Assembly: GCA_039028615.1 (NCBI GenBank)
Contig: JBCCHT010000018.1
Span: 64,001-128,000 of the forward strand
DNA from: Myxococcota bacterium
GTDB lineage: Bacteria; Myxococcota_A; Polyangia; Nannocystales; Nannocystaceae
Direction of reading: 5' to 3'
Length of the DNA stretch: 64,000 nucleotides
Under the pieces are notes generated by a model. It searched no databases and was not told the origin of the DNA. It saw only the letters and a program-made list of their open reading frames with translations. The position numbers and the translations under genes are program-made. The number at the start of each line of letters is the position of its first letter. Within the stretch, counting starts at the first letter, position 1. Shown here in pieces: positions 12,324 to 21,874 of this stretch.

Positions 12324-13886
12324 ATGACGTGGCTTCGTGGACTGGGTGCGGGGGCGGCCGTGCTCCTGGGTACGCTCGCAATGGGGTGTGCGGACGATGC
12401 TCCGCAGTGTCCCGATGGAACGTGCGGCGCGGGCTCGACGGGCGACTCGACCGGTGCGATCGAGACGGACACCGATGCGGGGGCGACGTCGGTGGCCACC
12501 GGAGCCACGACCGAGGGCGTCGACTCGACCGGGGTCGCGAGCTCGGGGGAGACGGGCCCGACCTGTGAGTGTGGCGATGGCGAGGTGTGCGTCGAGGCGA
12601 TCTGCACGCCCATCGTCAACGATCGATGCGAGGTGCTGTGGGCTCCGGCCGACGTGCCGCTGCAAGACACGGTGCGACTGGGCCTGCTGATGCCGAGGGA
12701 CCGTTTCCTGACGGCCGACTTCGAGGCGGGGGTGTTGCTGGCGGCCCAAGACCTCGCGGCGCTCGAAGGGGAGGACGCGCCCGCGTGGATCCTCTGCGAC
12801 ACCCAGTTCATGCCCGAGCTGGAGACGGCGGGCGCGGAGCACCTGCTCGAGGTCGGCGTGGTGGGGCTCGCCCACTGGGCGCTCGGGTCCTCGGTGGACG
12901 CCCTCGCCAACGAGGCCGGAGTGCTGACGATGTCGCTCGAAGTCGAATTCTCCGAGCCGCTCGATCCGCTGCGCTGGAGCATGGCGCACGCGCCCGTCTT
13001 CGAGGCGGCGGCGGTGGCCGAGCGAGTCACCCTCGCCGGCCCCACCGCGGGCCCGGGAGAGACGGTCGTGTTCGCCATCGACGACGAAGGCGGCCAGGCC
13101 TGGGCCGATGCGCTGACCAGCCTCGCGGAGGGGCCGGCCCCGGTGGTGGCGAGGGTGACGGACCCGGCCGACCTTCCATCGGCCGAAGAGGTGTTCGTCG
13201 AGATCGCGATGGCGGTGCAGACGGCCTGGGCCGAGAACGGAGGCCCGGCCGCCACCATCATCATCATCACGGGCGGGCTGCGGTACGAGATCGTCAGCAG
13301 CTACCTGGCGGTGTGGCTCGGCGACGGCAGCCCTGGTCCCTTCCCTCGCTTCGTGGTGACCAACACCTCACAAGACGCCCTCGAAGACGTGGTCCAGGGC
13401 GTGCTCGAGACACCCCCGATCACCGACTCGTTCGAACCGCTGCGCGACTCCATCGAGGGCACCCGAGCGGGCGTGCCCGATCCGACCGTGGTGGCCGAGC
13501 TGCAGGCCCGCTACAACGCTCGCTTCGGCGGTGTGCCCCCGGCCTCGACCGCGTTGGCCTACGATCTCGCACAGGCGCTGAACCTCGCGGTCTGTGCGAG
13601 CGAGGAGCCGAGCGGCGCGGCGCTGGCCGAGGTGCTGTCCCGGCTCGACGGAGCGGGCGACGCGGTGCGCGGCGGATTCCTCGGTCAGTGCGAGGCCCTG
13701 GCATCGGGCGCATCGCTCACCGCCGGAGGCGCGTCGGGAAGCCTCACATGGGATCCGGACCGGCAGCTGCGGCGCGACGACATCTTCGGCTACGGCTTCG
13801 TGCCGCCGGGGACCACACCCGCGCCCGTTCGCCGCTTCGTGCTGGATCCGCCCCCGGCCGACAGCGGGACGTGGATCGAGCGCTGA
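12324..13886 (+). CDS. Lipoprotein with periplasmic-binding-protein type I-like domain
   Basis: Lipobox AMGC, Thr/Gly-rich linker, Cys motif, 'VRLGLLMP', 'LCDTQ', 'ALAYDLAQAL', 'GASGSLTWD' resemble ABC substrate-binding (LivK-like) proteins. Confidence 0.62.
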   Translation: MTWLRGLGAGAAVLLGTLAMGCADDAPQCPDGTCGAGSTGDSTGAIETDTDAGATSVATGATTEGVDSTGVASSGETGPTCECGDGEVCVEAICTPIVNDRCEVLWAPADVPLQDTVRLGLLMPRDRFLTADFEAGVLLAAQDLAALEGEDAPAWILCDTQFMPELETAGAEHLLEVGVVGLAHWALGSSVDALANEAGVLTMSLEVEFSEPLDPLRWSMAHAPVFEAAAVAERVTLAGPTAGPGETVVFAIDDEGGQAWADALTSLAEGPAPVVARVTDPADLPSAEEVFVEIAMAVQTAWAENGGPAATIIIITGGLRYEIVSSYLAVWLGDGSPGPFPRFVVTNTSQDALEDVVQGVLETPPITDSFEPLRDSIEGTRAGVPDPTVVAELQARYNARFGGVPPASTALAYDLAQALNLAVCASEEPSGAALAEVLSRLDGAGDAVRGGFLGQCEALASGASLTAGGASGSLTWDPDRQLRRDDIFGYGFVPPGTTPAPVRRFVLDPPPADSGTWIER

Positions 13887-13934
13887 GCTCGGTCGCGGCG
13901 GCGCGCGGCCGGACGCTGCGCTATCCTCCGCCGC

Positions 13935-14267
13935 ATGAGCGAGTTCGACATCGCCTCGATGATGGGTCAGGTCCAGCAGCTGCAGGAGCAGATGACCCAG
14001 ATGCAGCAAGACCTCGACAACGTCACCGTGGAAGGCGCGGCCGGTGGCGGCATGGTCAAGGTCACCGCGACGGCGGGCCTCAAGATCAAGGGCATCGAGA
14101 TCGACCCCGCCGTGATGAATGAGGAGCGCGACATGCTGCAAGACCTCATCACCGCGGCCGTCAACAACGCGCTCGACAAGGCGCGGGAGAAAGCGGGCGA
14201 GGCGACGCAGCAGCGGCTCGGCTCGATGCTGCCGCCCGGCATGGCGGGGCAGTTCCCCGGCCTGTGA
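13935..14267 (+). CDS. ybaB: YbaB/EbfC nucleoid-associated protein
   Basis: 'VEGAAGGGMVKVT', 'MLQDLITAAVNNAL'; directly upstream of recR. Confidence 0.93.
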   Translation: MSEFDIASMMGQVQQLQEQMTQMQQDLDNVTVEGAAGGGMVKVTATAGLKIKGIEIDPAVMNEERDMLQDLITAAVNNALDKAREKAGEATQQRLGSMLPPGMAGQFPGL

Positions 14268-14899
14268 GCGAGCGAGGCAAGACGCCGGCCGCCCCGGGCG
14301 GAGATCCGCTACGGCGCCTGGCCGGCCTGCTGGCAAAGCTACCCGGCATCGGTGACAAGTCGGCGATGCGCCTGGCCTTGGCCATGGTCAAGGCGCAGCC
14401 CGACTACCTGCACGCGCTCGCCCAGGCGATCGACGGCGTGCACACCCAGCTCACCTTGTGCCGGATTTGCTGCGACTTCACCTCCGAGGAGATCTGTAGT
14501 CGCTGCTCCGACGCGCGTCGCGATCACACCGTGATCTGCGTGGTGGCTCAGCCCCAAGACCGCATGGCCATCGAGCGCACCGGGGTCTTTCGCGGCGTCT
14601 ATCACGTGCTGCACGGGGTGCTCGATCCGCTCGGCGGGGTGGGACCCGGCGATCTCCGCATCGAGGCCCTGCTCGCTCGGCTGCAATCGCAAGACGATCG
14701 CCCCGACGTCGAGGAGCTCATCGTCGCCACCAGCCCCAACGTCGAAGGCGACGCCACGGCCCTATACCTGTCGAAACTGATCGGCCCGCTCGGGGTCAAG
14801 GTCAGCCGCATCGCCTCGGGCGTGGCGGTGGGTGGCGAGCTCGAGTACGCCGACGTCACCACCCTGCACCGGGCCCTCGAAGACCGGCGGCAACTGTAG
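14264..14899 (+). CDS. recR: Recombination mediator RecR
   Basis: 'LPGIGDKSAMRLA' HhH, C4 Zn finger, 'YHVLHG', 'NVEGDATA', 'GGELEYAD'. Confidence 0.96.
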   Translation: MSERGKTPAAPGGDPLRRLAGLLAKLPGIGDKSAMRLALAMVKAQPDYLHALAQAIDGVHTQLTLCRICCDFTSEEICSRCSDARRDHTVICVVAQPQDRMAIERTGVFRGVYHVLHGVLDPLGGVGPGDLRIEALLARLQSQDDRPDVEELIVATSPNVEGDATALYLSKLIGPLGVKVSRIASGVAVGGELEYADVTTLHRALEDRRQL

Positions 14900-15224
14900 G
14901 TCGAACCGCTCCCTCGCCCGGGCTGCCCCGGGCTCGGTCGGTTCGTGACGCGGGTCATTTAAGAAGGTGTCGTCAAGGCCCGGCCGAGGCGGGACCCGTG
15001 ATGGGCCACTGCTGCGCCGCAAATCGGGCCCAGGGGCGTTTTACCGGGGTTCGGCGGGCCCGGACCGATGGGCTCCGGTGGCCGTGGACTTGCCTCAGGG
15101 AGTCTGATAGCGTGTGCCCGCATTCGGCCCTTGCCGTCCCCGTGGGCGTGTTGGGGCCAGGCTATGCACCCTGGCACGAGGGATCTCGCCCAGGGGTCGA
15201 GCCTTGTTTCCGAGGAGTTTCCCC

Positions 15225-15713
15225 TTGAGCAATCTCAGCCCTTCGCTCGTGATGTACGAGGAGGAAGTGCGGCGGATCCAGACCGTGGCCGACCGCCTTC
15301 AGCAAGATTCGCGCGCACGGGCGATTTTGGTCGTCGACAAGAACGGCCAGTTGATCGCTGCTTCGGGCTCTGCTTCCGACCTGGACACGACTTCGTTGAG
15401 TTCGCTGGTCGCAGGCAACGTCGCTGCGACCGGTGGCATCGCCAAACTCATCGAAGAGGAAGAGTTCACCGGTCAGTTCCACGAGGGTCAGGGCGTCAGC
15501 GTCCACATGACCATCGTGGGCCGTCGGGTCATCTTGGTAGTGCTCTTCGATAAGAACACCACCCATGGCCTGGTCCGGTTGCGGGTCAAGAAGGCCAGTG
15601 CCGATCTCGAAGCCATCCTCGACGATGTCTCGAAGAAGGCCGAGAGCCCTCAGCAGGCCAACGTGTTCGCCGAGATCACCGACGCGGACATCGACAACCT
15701 CTTCAACGACTAG
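15225..15713 (+). CDS. mglB: MglB roadblock-domain GAP of MglA
   Basis: 'LVMYEEE', 'LVVDKNGQLI', 'DTTSLSSL.AGNVAA', 'GLVRLRVKKAS', C-terminal 'DIDNLF' as in myxobacterial MglB; RBS GAGGAG before TTG 15225. Confidence 0.94.
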   Translation: MSNLSPSLVMYEEEVRRIQTVADRLQQDSRARAILVVDKNGQLIAASGSASDLDTTSLSSLVAGNVAATGGIAKLIEEEEFTGQFHEGQGVSVHMTIVGRRVILVVLFDKNTTHGLVRLRVKKASADLEAILDDVSKKAESPQQANVFAEITDADIDNLFND

Positions 15714-15752
15714 TCGCGGCTTCGCTACGGTCGAGACAGCCAGGCGTGCGCC

Positions 15753-16340
15753 GTGTCCTTCATCAACTACAGCTCCCGCGAGATCAACTGTAAGCTGGTC
15801 TATTACGGACCCGGGTTGTGTGGAAAGACCACCAACCTTCAGTACATCTACAACAAGACCAAGCCCGACGCGAAGGGCAAGATGATCTCGCTCGCCACCG
15901 AGACCGAGCGGACCTTGTTCTTCGACTTCTTGCCGCTTTCGCTCGGCGAGATTCGTGGCTTCCGCACTCGGTTCCACCTGTACACGGTGCCGGGCCAGGT
16001 CTTCTACGACGCGAGCCGTAAGTTGATCCTCAAGGGGGTCGACGGGGTCTGCTTCGTGGCCGACTCCCAGATGGAGCGCATGGAGGCCAACATCGAGAGC
16101 CTCGAGAACCTGCGCGACAACCTGACCGAGCAGGGCTACGACCTCGACAAGCTCCCGTACTGCGTGCAGTACAACAAGCGAGATCTGCCGAGCGCGGTGC
16201 CGGTCGAAGAGCTCTCCGAAGTGCTCAACACGACCAAGGTCCCCGAGTTCGAAGCGGTGGCGACCACCGGGGTCGGCGTGTTCGACACGCTCAAGGCTCT
16301 GGCCAAGCAAGTGCTCACCGAGCTGCGTAAAGGCAGCTGA
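15753..16340 (+). CDS. mglA: Gliding-motility small GTPase MglA
   Basis: '[28 protein letters not shown]', '[11 protein letters not shown]', 'TVPGQ', 'NKRD'. Confidence 0.98.
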   Translation: MSFINYSSREINCKLVYYGPGLCGKTTNLQYIYNKTKPDAKGKMISLATETERTLFFDFLPLSLGEIRGFRTRFHLYTVPGQVFYDASRKLILKGVDGVCFVADSQMERMEANIESLENLRDNLTEQGYDLDKLPYCVQYNKRDLPSAVPVEELSEVLNTTKVPEFEAVATTGVGVFDTLKALAKQVLTELRKGS

Positions 16341-16531
16341 TGCCGGCACGGGCCCCGCGGCTCGTGTAGGCGATTCCCCGTCGTGTGTGTCTAGTTCGAT
16401 CCGCGCGGATCCCTCGGTCCGCGCCGGTACGATCGTGACCGGAGCGAGGCTCCGTACCGATCATTGCGGAAGTTCGCACGAGTCGCACCGCTTCGGTTCG
16501 GCTCGGCTATGATTCTGGCGCCTGCCTGCAC

Positions 16532-16837
16532 ATGGCTTCCACTCCGACGACGTCAACGTTCGCCAGCGAGCAATCGTCCTCGCGTCAGTCACAGACGCTG
16601 CGGGTGAAGCCGTTTCAGCAGATCGATCTGCAGCCGCCGCCTTCGAACAAGAACTCGGGCTTGTTCCCCGCGGTCGCGGTCGCTCCCACGCCGCCCAACG
16701 ATCGCGCGCTCCGGCTGCGCCGCGCCGTGTTGTTGACGGTGGTGGTCGGTGGGCTCGGGTTGTTGGCGTACGCGTCGTGGCAGCGGGTCGCTCATGCGCG
16801 AGCGGGCGATGCCGATGTCACGGTCCGCTCGAGCTAA
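16532..16837 (+). CDS. Small hypothetical single-TM protein
   Basis: 101-aa ORF with one hydrophobic stretch; TATGAT (-10-like) at 16508. Confidence 0.5.
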   Translation: MASTPTTSTFASEQSSSRQSQTLRVKPFQQIDLQPPPSNKNSGLFPAVAVAPTPPNDRALRLRRAVLLTVVVGGLGLLAYASWQRVAHARAGDADVTVRSS

Positions 16838-17363
16838 CGTAGTTGGTCCGCGGTCGATCGGGGTTCGTCGATCGACGTTGTCGGTGGACCTTCGAGACGA
16901 TCGCGTTCGCGTCGATGCATCGGCCGGTCGGTGCTCGGGCGTCGACGCGTGAGTGCCGAGGTGTTCGAACGCGCTCGCGATCGACCCGCGATGCATCGTC
17001 GACGGCCGGCCCAAAAGAGGCCCTGCGTGATCTTCATTGGTTCGCGCTCGCGCGGCGATGGGGCTCACTCGATCTGCGCGGGTCCGCAGTGCACACGCGT
17101 GGTCTCGACGAACCAACGCACGAGCGCGACGTCGAAATGTAAACGTTGCGTCAAGCCAGCACGGAATCTCGCGGTGCAAGACGACACGTTGGGGCACCGT
17201 GCCCCCGTGCACGAACGGTCGTAGAAAATTCTCGCGGAGCAAAACGATCACCGTGCTTGCTCGCCCTGCCAGCGCGGCATAGCTTCGGGCGAGGGCGAGT
17301 CTTTGGTCGTTGCGTAGTGCCATCGCTCGTCATCGGACCCCACCACGAACAGAGGAATCGACC

Positions 17364-18329
17364 ATGATTCGAAGCACCCTAGCTCTCGCCATGGGCATCG
17401 CTCTGGCCCTGCCCGCGATGTCCACCGCGTGGGCCGAGCCCGCGACGGACCTGACCGCGAACCCGGCCGAAGGCGAAGAAGAAGACGTCAGCGACGAGGA
17501 AGCGCTGGAAGACGACATCTTGTTGGTGATCGACCTGCCGGTCGCAATCGCCGACGCCCGCGATGCCGGAGTGGAAGAAGAAGAGCTCGAAGAAGCTCTC
17601 ACCACCGCCGAGGACAGCGGCATCAGTGCCGGTACGGCCACCGAGATGGTGCTGGCCGAGACCGAGACGACCAAGACCAAGGGCAAGCGCAAAGGCCTGC
17701 ATCGCTTCATTCGCAAGCAGATCGCGGCCGGAGCCACGCCCAAGGAAATCGCCGAGAAGATCCGCGAGCGCAAAGAAGAGCTCGAGGACATGACGCCCGA
17801 GGAGCGCAAGGCCTTCGAAGAGAAGGTGCAGACGCTCAAGAAGAAGAACAAGAAGCGTCGCAAGGCGCTGCACGCCAAGCGCAAGAAGCTCAAGGGCGAG
17901 GGCAAGGTCGTGCAGCTGCTCGCCAAGGCGGCGCACAAGAAGCGCAAAGAAGAGCTCAAGGAGCGCAAGGACGAGCTGAAGGAAGCTCGCAAGGCGCACC
18001 GCAAGTCCAAGCGTGACCATCGGGAAGCCAAGGGCGACGCCAAGGAAGCCCGCGAAGATCGCAAGGAAGCGCGAGAAGATCTGAAGGCGGCCGAGACTCC
18101 CGAGGAGCGCAAAGAGGCACGCGAGGATCTGAAGGAAGCTCGCGAGGAGCACAAGGAAGCTCGCGAGGATCGCAAGGAGGCCAAGGGCGATCGCAAGGAA
18201 GCCAAGGGCGATCGCAAGGAGGCCAAGAAGGCCCACGCCGAGGCCAAGAAGGCCGCGGGCAAAGGCAAGGGCGGCCCCAAGGGCAAGGGACCCAAAGGCG
18301 GACCCAAGGGCAAGAAAGGCAAGGGCTGA
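17364..18329 (+). CDS. Secreted Lys/Glu-rich coiled-coil protein
   Basis: Signal peptide, RBS AGAGGA, acidic N-half, KEAREDR-type heptad repeats, GKGKGGP tail; strong host-like codon bias. Confidence 0.8.
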   Translation: MIRSTLALAMGIALALPAMSTAWAEPATDLTANPAEGEEEDVSDEEALEDDILLVIDLPVAIADARDAGVEEEELEEALTTAEDSGISAGTATEMVLAETETTKTKGKRKGLHRFIRKQIAAGATPKEIAEKIRERKEELEDMTPEERKAFEEKVQTLKKKNKKRRKALHAKRKKLKGEGKVVQLLAKAAHKKRKEELKERKDELKEARKAHRKSKRDHREAKGDAKEAREDRKEAREDLKAAETPEERKEAREDLKEAREEHKEAREDRKEAKGDRKEAKGDRKEAKKAHAEAKKAAGKGKGGPKGKGPKGGPKGKKGKG

Positions 18330-18332
18330 TCC

Positions 18333-18728
18333 ATGACCATGCATCGACTGTTGATCACGGGAGTGATGGGCCTGGCCCTGTCCCTCGGTGCCTGCGACTC
18401 CGGCGAGAAGAAGGACGACGGCAAGACCGCGAAGGCCGACGGCAAGAAGGCCGACGGCAAGAACGCCGATGGCAAGAAGGCCGACGACGGCAAGAAGGCC
18501 GACGGCAACGCGGACGGTGGTGACGCCGCGGACGAAGCCGACGATGCGTTCGACGAGCGCGTCGTGAAGGCGGCGGGCCTGGCCAAGAAGATCGAGGCCG
18601 AGCCCGAGAAGACCGACGAGATCCTCGCGGAGGCGGGGACCACTCGCGAAGAGTTCGAGGCGCTCATCTACGAGGTGAGCCGCCCCGAGCTGGCCGAGCA
18701 GTACCGCTTGGCCATGGCCGAGGGCTGA
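18333..18728 (+). CDS. Small lipoprotein with KADGK repeats
   Basis: Lipobox LGAC; 3 nt after the previous stop. Confidence 0.78.
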   Translation: MTMHRLLITGVMGLALSLGACDSGEKKDDGKTAKADGKKADGKNADGKKADDGKKADGNADGGDAADEADDAFDERVVKAAGLAKKIEAEPEKTDEILAEAGTTREEFEALIYEVSRPELAEQYRLAMAEG

Positions 18729-18967
18729 CTTCCACCCGCGGGCCGTTGCTCGCGCAGCGGCCCGCAACGGCCCACATGCAATGAGCCGAGATGCACACAA
18801 TGTGTGCGTCTCGGCTTTGTCCGTTTCCGAGCACGAGCCCTGGGATTTCCACCCGGCCAGTTGGCCGCAGCGCGCGAAACGGCCCAGAACGCGCCTCTTG
18901 GACTCATTCAACCTGCACTGCGGCGTCAGGAGATCACGGAACGGCCCTTCGCTCGGTCTGGGTGGGG

Positions 18968-19417
18968 GTGCTATTGTCCCCTACGATTTTGGAGAAGCTA
19001 TCGGTCCCGGTGGCCTCCGATACCGACCCCCTCGTGGTCAGTAGCTTGGCCAAAGATTTTGCAACTCGCCTGGGTTTTCCCTCGGTCGAGGTCGCTCAGG
19101 TTGCTCTCGCGGCCGGTGAGCTCGCGAGCAATTGCTGGAGACACGCCGGCGGTGGGCGCGTCGAGATTTGGGCCGTCGAGTGCGGGATTGAACTACGCGC
19201 GATCGATCAGGGTCCGGGAATCGCCGACCTCTCGCGTGCCAGCGAAGACGGCGTCAGTCGCGGTCGCAAGCACACCGCGTACACGCCGATCCGCGACAGC
19301 CTCGGCGCAGGCCTCGGGTCCGTCCGCCGCTTGATGGACGAGGTCGAGGTGCAGACCGAAGTCTCGCGGGGCACCACCGTCATCGCGCGTAAGCGCCTCC
19401 ACGAGTGCACCGGATGA
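18968..19417 (+). CDS. rsbT: RsbT-like serine kinase (GHKL), copy 1
   Basis: 'ELASNCWRHAGGG' N-box, 'DQGPGIAD' G1, 'SLGAGLGSVRRLMDEVEV', 'GTTV'. Start is uncertain (18962-18989). Confidence 0.8.
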   Translation: MLLSPTILEKLSVPVASDTDPLVVSSLAKDFATRLGFPSVEVAQVALAAGELASNCWRHAGGGRVEIWAVECGIELRAIDQGPGIADLSRASEDGVSRGRKHTAYTPIRDSLGAGLGSVRRLMDEVEVQTEVSRGTTVIARKRLHECTG

Positions 19418-20031
19418 AGGACAAGGTCCTCGAGGTTCTCGCGCGCTACATGTCTCGGCTTCACGCCGAGATGACGCTGCGTCGCGCGATGAACAAGGTC
19501 GGGATGGATTCCCGGCTCGAGGACACTCGTGCATACCCCAAGCTCGCGGCGGCGCTGGAGACCAGCCTGCGCCTGTTCACCAGCGAGTCGCAGATCGACA
19601 CCGCGGTCGGTGAGCTCCGAGAGGTGCTCACCCCGGACCAGCCGTCGTCCGTGCTCGTCGACCTCCACTCCGAGGCCGACATGAGCCTCGCTCGCCAGGC
19701 CGCGCGCACCCTGGCCGAGAAGATGGGCGCCCGCAGCTTCGCCGCGCAGAAGTTCACCACCGCCGTCAGCGAGCTGGCCCGGAACATCGTGCAGTATGCC
19801 GGGCGCGGCAAGGTCGAGCTGGTGCCGCTATCCGAGGGCCTTCGCGGCCTCAAGGTGCTGGCGACCGACGACGGCCCCGGCATCCCCAACCTCGACGAGA
19901 TCCTGGACGGGCGCTACAAGAGCCGCACCGGTCTCGGCAAGGGGATCTTGGGCGTGCGTCGCCTGATGGACCGCTTCGAGATCAGCAGCGGTGAGCAAGG
20001 AACCCGAGTCGAGGCGGAGCTGCACCTGTGA
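19414..20031 (+). CDS. rsbT: RsbT-like serine kinase, copy 2, with ~80-aa N-terminal extension
   Basis: 'AVSELARNIVQYAGRG', 'DDGPGIPNL', 'GLGKGILGVRRLMDRFEI', 'GTRV'; ATGA overlap with copy 1. Confidence 0.85.
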   Translation: MKDKVLEVLARYMSRLHAEMTLRRAMNKVGMDSRLEDTRAYPKLAAALETSLRLFTSESQIDTAVGELREVLTPDQPSSVLVDLHSEADMSLARQAARTLAEKMGARSFAAQKFTTAVSELARNIVQYAGRGKVELVPLSEGLRGLKVLATDDGPGIPNLDEILDGRYKSRTGLGKGILGVRRLMDRFEISSGEQGTRVEAELHL

Positions 20032-20603
20032 GACTCGAGCTCGCCCACCGCACGCGTCCTCACCCGGATGAGACGGAGAACGGCGACGCAGTGTGGCTCG
20101 GCGAGTGGATCCATCGCCCGGCCTTCGCCGTGTTCGACGGCTCGGGTCACGGACGCGAGGCGGCCGAGGCCTCGGCCCGGGCCTGCGCCGTGCTCGATGA
20201 GTGGGACGGCACACTCGATCTCCCTGGGTTGGTCGACCGGCTGCATCGCGACCTCCGGGGCTCACGGGGCTGCGCGGCCCTCGTGGCCGTGCTCGACGAG
20301 CGAATGCTGCGGGGCTTCGGGGTGGGCAACGTCGAGCTCCGTGCGCTCAATCGCACAGTCACCGCGCTGCTGACCCCCGGCATCCTGGGGGCTCGGCTCC
20401 GACGCAAGGTCAACCTGTTCGAGATTCCCCTGCGGGCCGGCGATCGCCTCCTGGTGTCCTCCGATGGCGTCAAGGCCCGCGTCGAGCGCGAGTACCACGA
20501 AGGCTTGAGCCCCGCGGACTTGTGTGATTCGCTTCTACGGGACTTTGCCCGGTCCACAGACGACGCGACCGTTCTCGCGGCCGACGTTCACGAAGATCCA
20601 TGA
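20028..20603 (+). CDS. rsbX: RsbX-like PPM/SpoIIE-family phosphatase
   Basis: 'ENGD', 'VFDGSGHG', 'GVGNV', 'SSDGV', 'DDATV'; GTGA overlap. Confidence 0.8.
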   Translation: MRLELAHRTRPHPDETENGDAVWLGEWIHRPAFAVFDGSGHGREAAEASARACAVLDEWDGTLDLPGLVDRLHRDLRGSRGCAALVAVLDERMLRGFGVGNVELRALNRTVTALLTPGILGARLRRKVNLFEIPLRAGDRLLVSSDGVKARVEREYHEGLSPADLCDSLLRDFARSTDDATVLAADVHEDP

Positions 20604-21019
20604 CTGAGACCCGCCCCACGATCCCGGTCCTCAAGATGTGGGACCAGCTCCTCGTCGCTCTCCAGGGCGATGTCTCCGATCGTCAGGCGGACGATCTGTC
20701 GCGCTCCGTGCTCCGGCGCATTCGCGACGTCGACGTCAGCGGGCTGATTCTCGATGTGACCGGGGTCCATACCCTCGACTCACACCTGTGTGCCGTGCTC
20801 GCTCGCCTGGCCGCGTCCGCGCGGCTGATGGGCGTGCGCTCGGTGATGTGCGGGCTGACGCCCGAAGTGGTCATGACCCTCCAGGCGATGGACATCGAGC
20901 TCGACGAGATCGAGACGATGGGCACGATCGAGGAGGCCATGGAAGCCGCGGGCATCCAACACACCCTGCTGGGCGATCGCGACTACGATCTCAACGAGTT
21001 CTTCGGAGTGAAGTCATGA
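20600..21019 (+). CDS. rsbS: RsbS-like STAS protein
   Basis: 'IPVLKM..LLVALQGD', 'LILDVTGVHTLDS' (phosphoacceptor Ser), 'ARLMG', 'GLTPEVVMTL'. Confidence 0.85.
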   Translation: MTETRPTIPVLKMWDQLLVALQGDVSDRQADDLSRSVLRRIRDVDVSGLILDVTGVHTLDSHLCAVLARLAASARLMGVRSVMCGLTPEVVMTLQAMDIELDEIETMGTIEEAMEAAGIQHTLLGDRDYDLNEFFGVKS

Positions 21020-21723
21020 GCGGCGATGATCTGATTACCCTATCGCGGGCCCGACTCGAGTCGTTGATGTCGGCTGTCTCCGCCGCATCGGTGGCCGCCT
21101 ACTCCGAGGCGCTCAACGAGGTCAAAGTCCGAGAGGAAGACGACTTCGGCGAGCTCGAGCACGTCGTCGCGCTGTTCATCGACGAGCTTCGCACCGCGGC
21201 CCAGCGCCGCGACGACGCGATGAAGGCGATGACCGAGGCCCGGGCCTCGCTCGAGGAGAAGCTCGACACCATTCGCCGCCAGCAGATCGCCATCCGCGAT
21301 CTCTCTGCGCCGATCATCGACCTGTGGGAAGGCATCCTCACCCTGCCCATCGTGGGCACGGTGGACTCGCAGCGCGCGGTGGACATCACCGAGAAGCTGC
21401 TCCAGCGCATCGCCGACACCAACGCGGCCTGCGTCATCATCGATCTGACCGGCGTCGACGTGGTCGACACGATGACCGCCGATCACCTCATCAAGCTGGT
21501 GAAGTCCGCTCGCCTGCTGGGCACCTTCTGCGTGGTGACGGGCATCGGCCCCGAGATCGCCCGCACCCTGGTCGACCTGGGGGTCGAGCTGCACGAGCTC
21601 ATCACCCTCAAGCGCCTGCGCGAGGGCTTGCAGGCCTGCCTGGTGCATCTGCAGAGCCGCAAGCGCAAAGCGGGCAACTGGAAAGAAATGCACAAGAACG
21701 GCACCTCGTCGAAGGTCGGCTGA
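21016..21723 (+). CDS. rsbR: RsbR-like STAS protein with N-terminal helical/coiled-coil region
   Basis: 'IRDLSAPII', 'LPIVGTVDSQRA', 'IDLTGVDVVDTMTA', 'TGIGPEIARTLVDLG'. Confidence 0.87.
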   Translation: MSGDDLITLSRARLESLMSAVSAASVAAYSEALNEVKVREEDDFGELEHVVALFIDELRTAAQRRDDAMKAMTEARASLEEKLDTIRRQQIAIRDLSAPIIDLWEGILTLPIVGTVDSQRAVDITEKLLQRIADTNAACVIIDLTGVDVVDTMTADHLIKLVKSARLLGTFCVVTGIGPEIARTLVDLGVELHELITLKRLREGLQACLVHLQSRKRKAGNWKEMHKNGTSSKVG

Positions 21724-21874
21724 GCCGCCCGTCGTCGTGGTGCGTTGGTGCCGTCTGCGCCGAACGCCGGGGACCGGCTCGCTCCGGCGTCGAAAAGCGG
21801 GCTCCGGGATGGATAGACCCGGGCGTGGCGCCTTCCCGTGTGGAACCGGGCAGCAAGGCGGCGTACAGTAGTCC

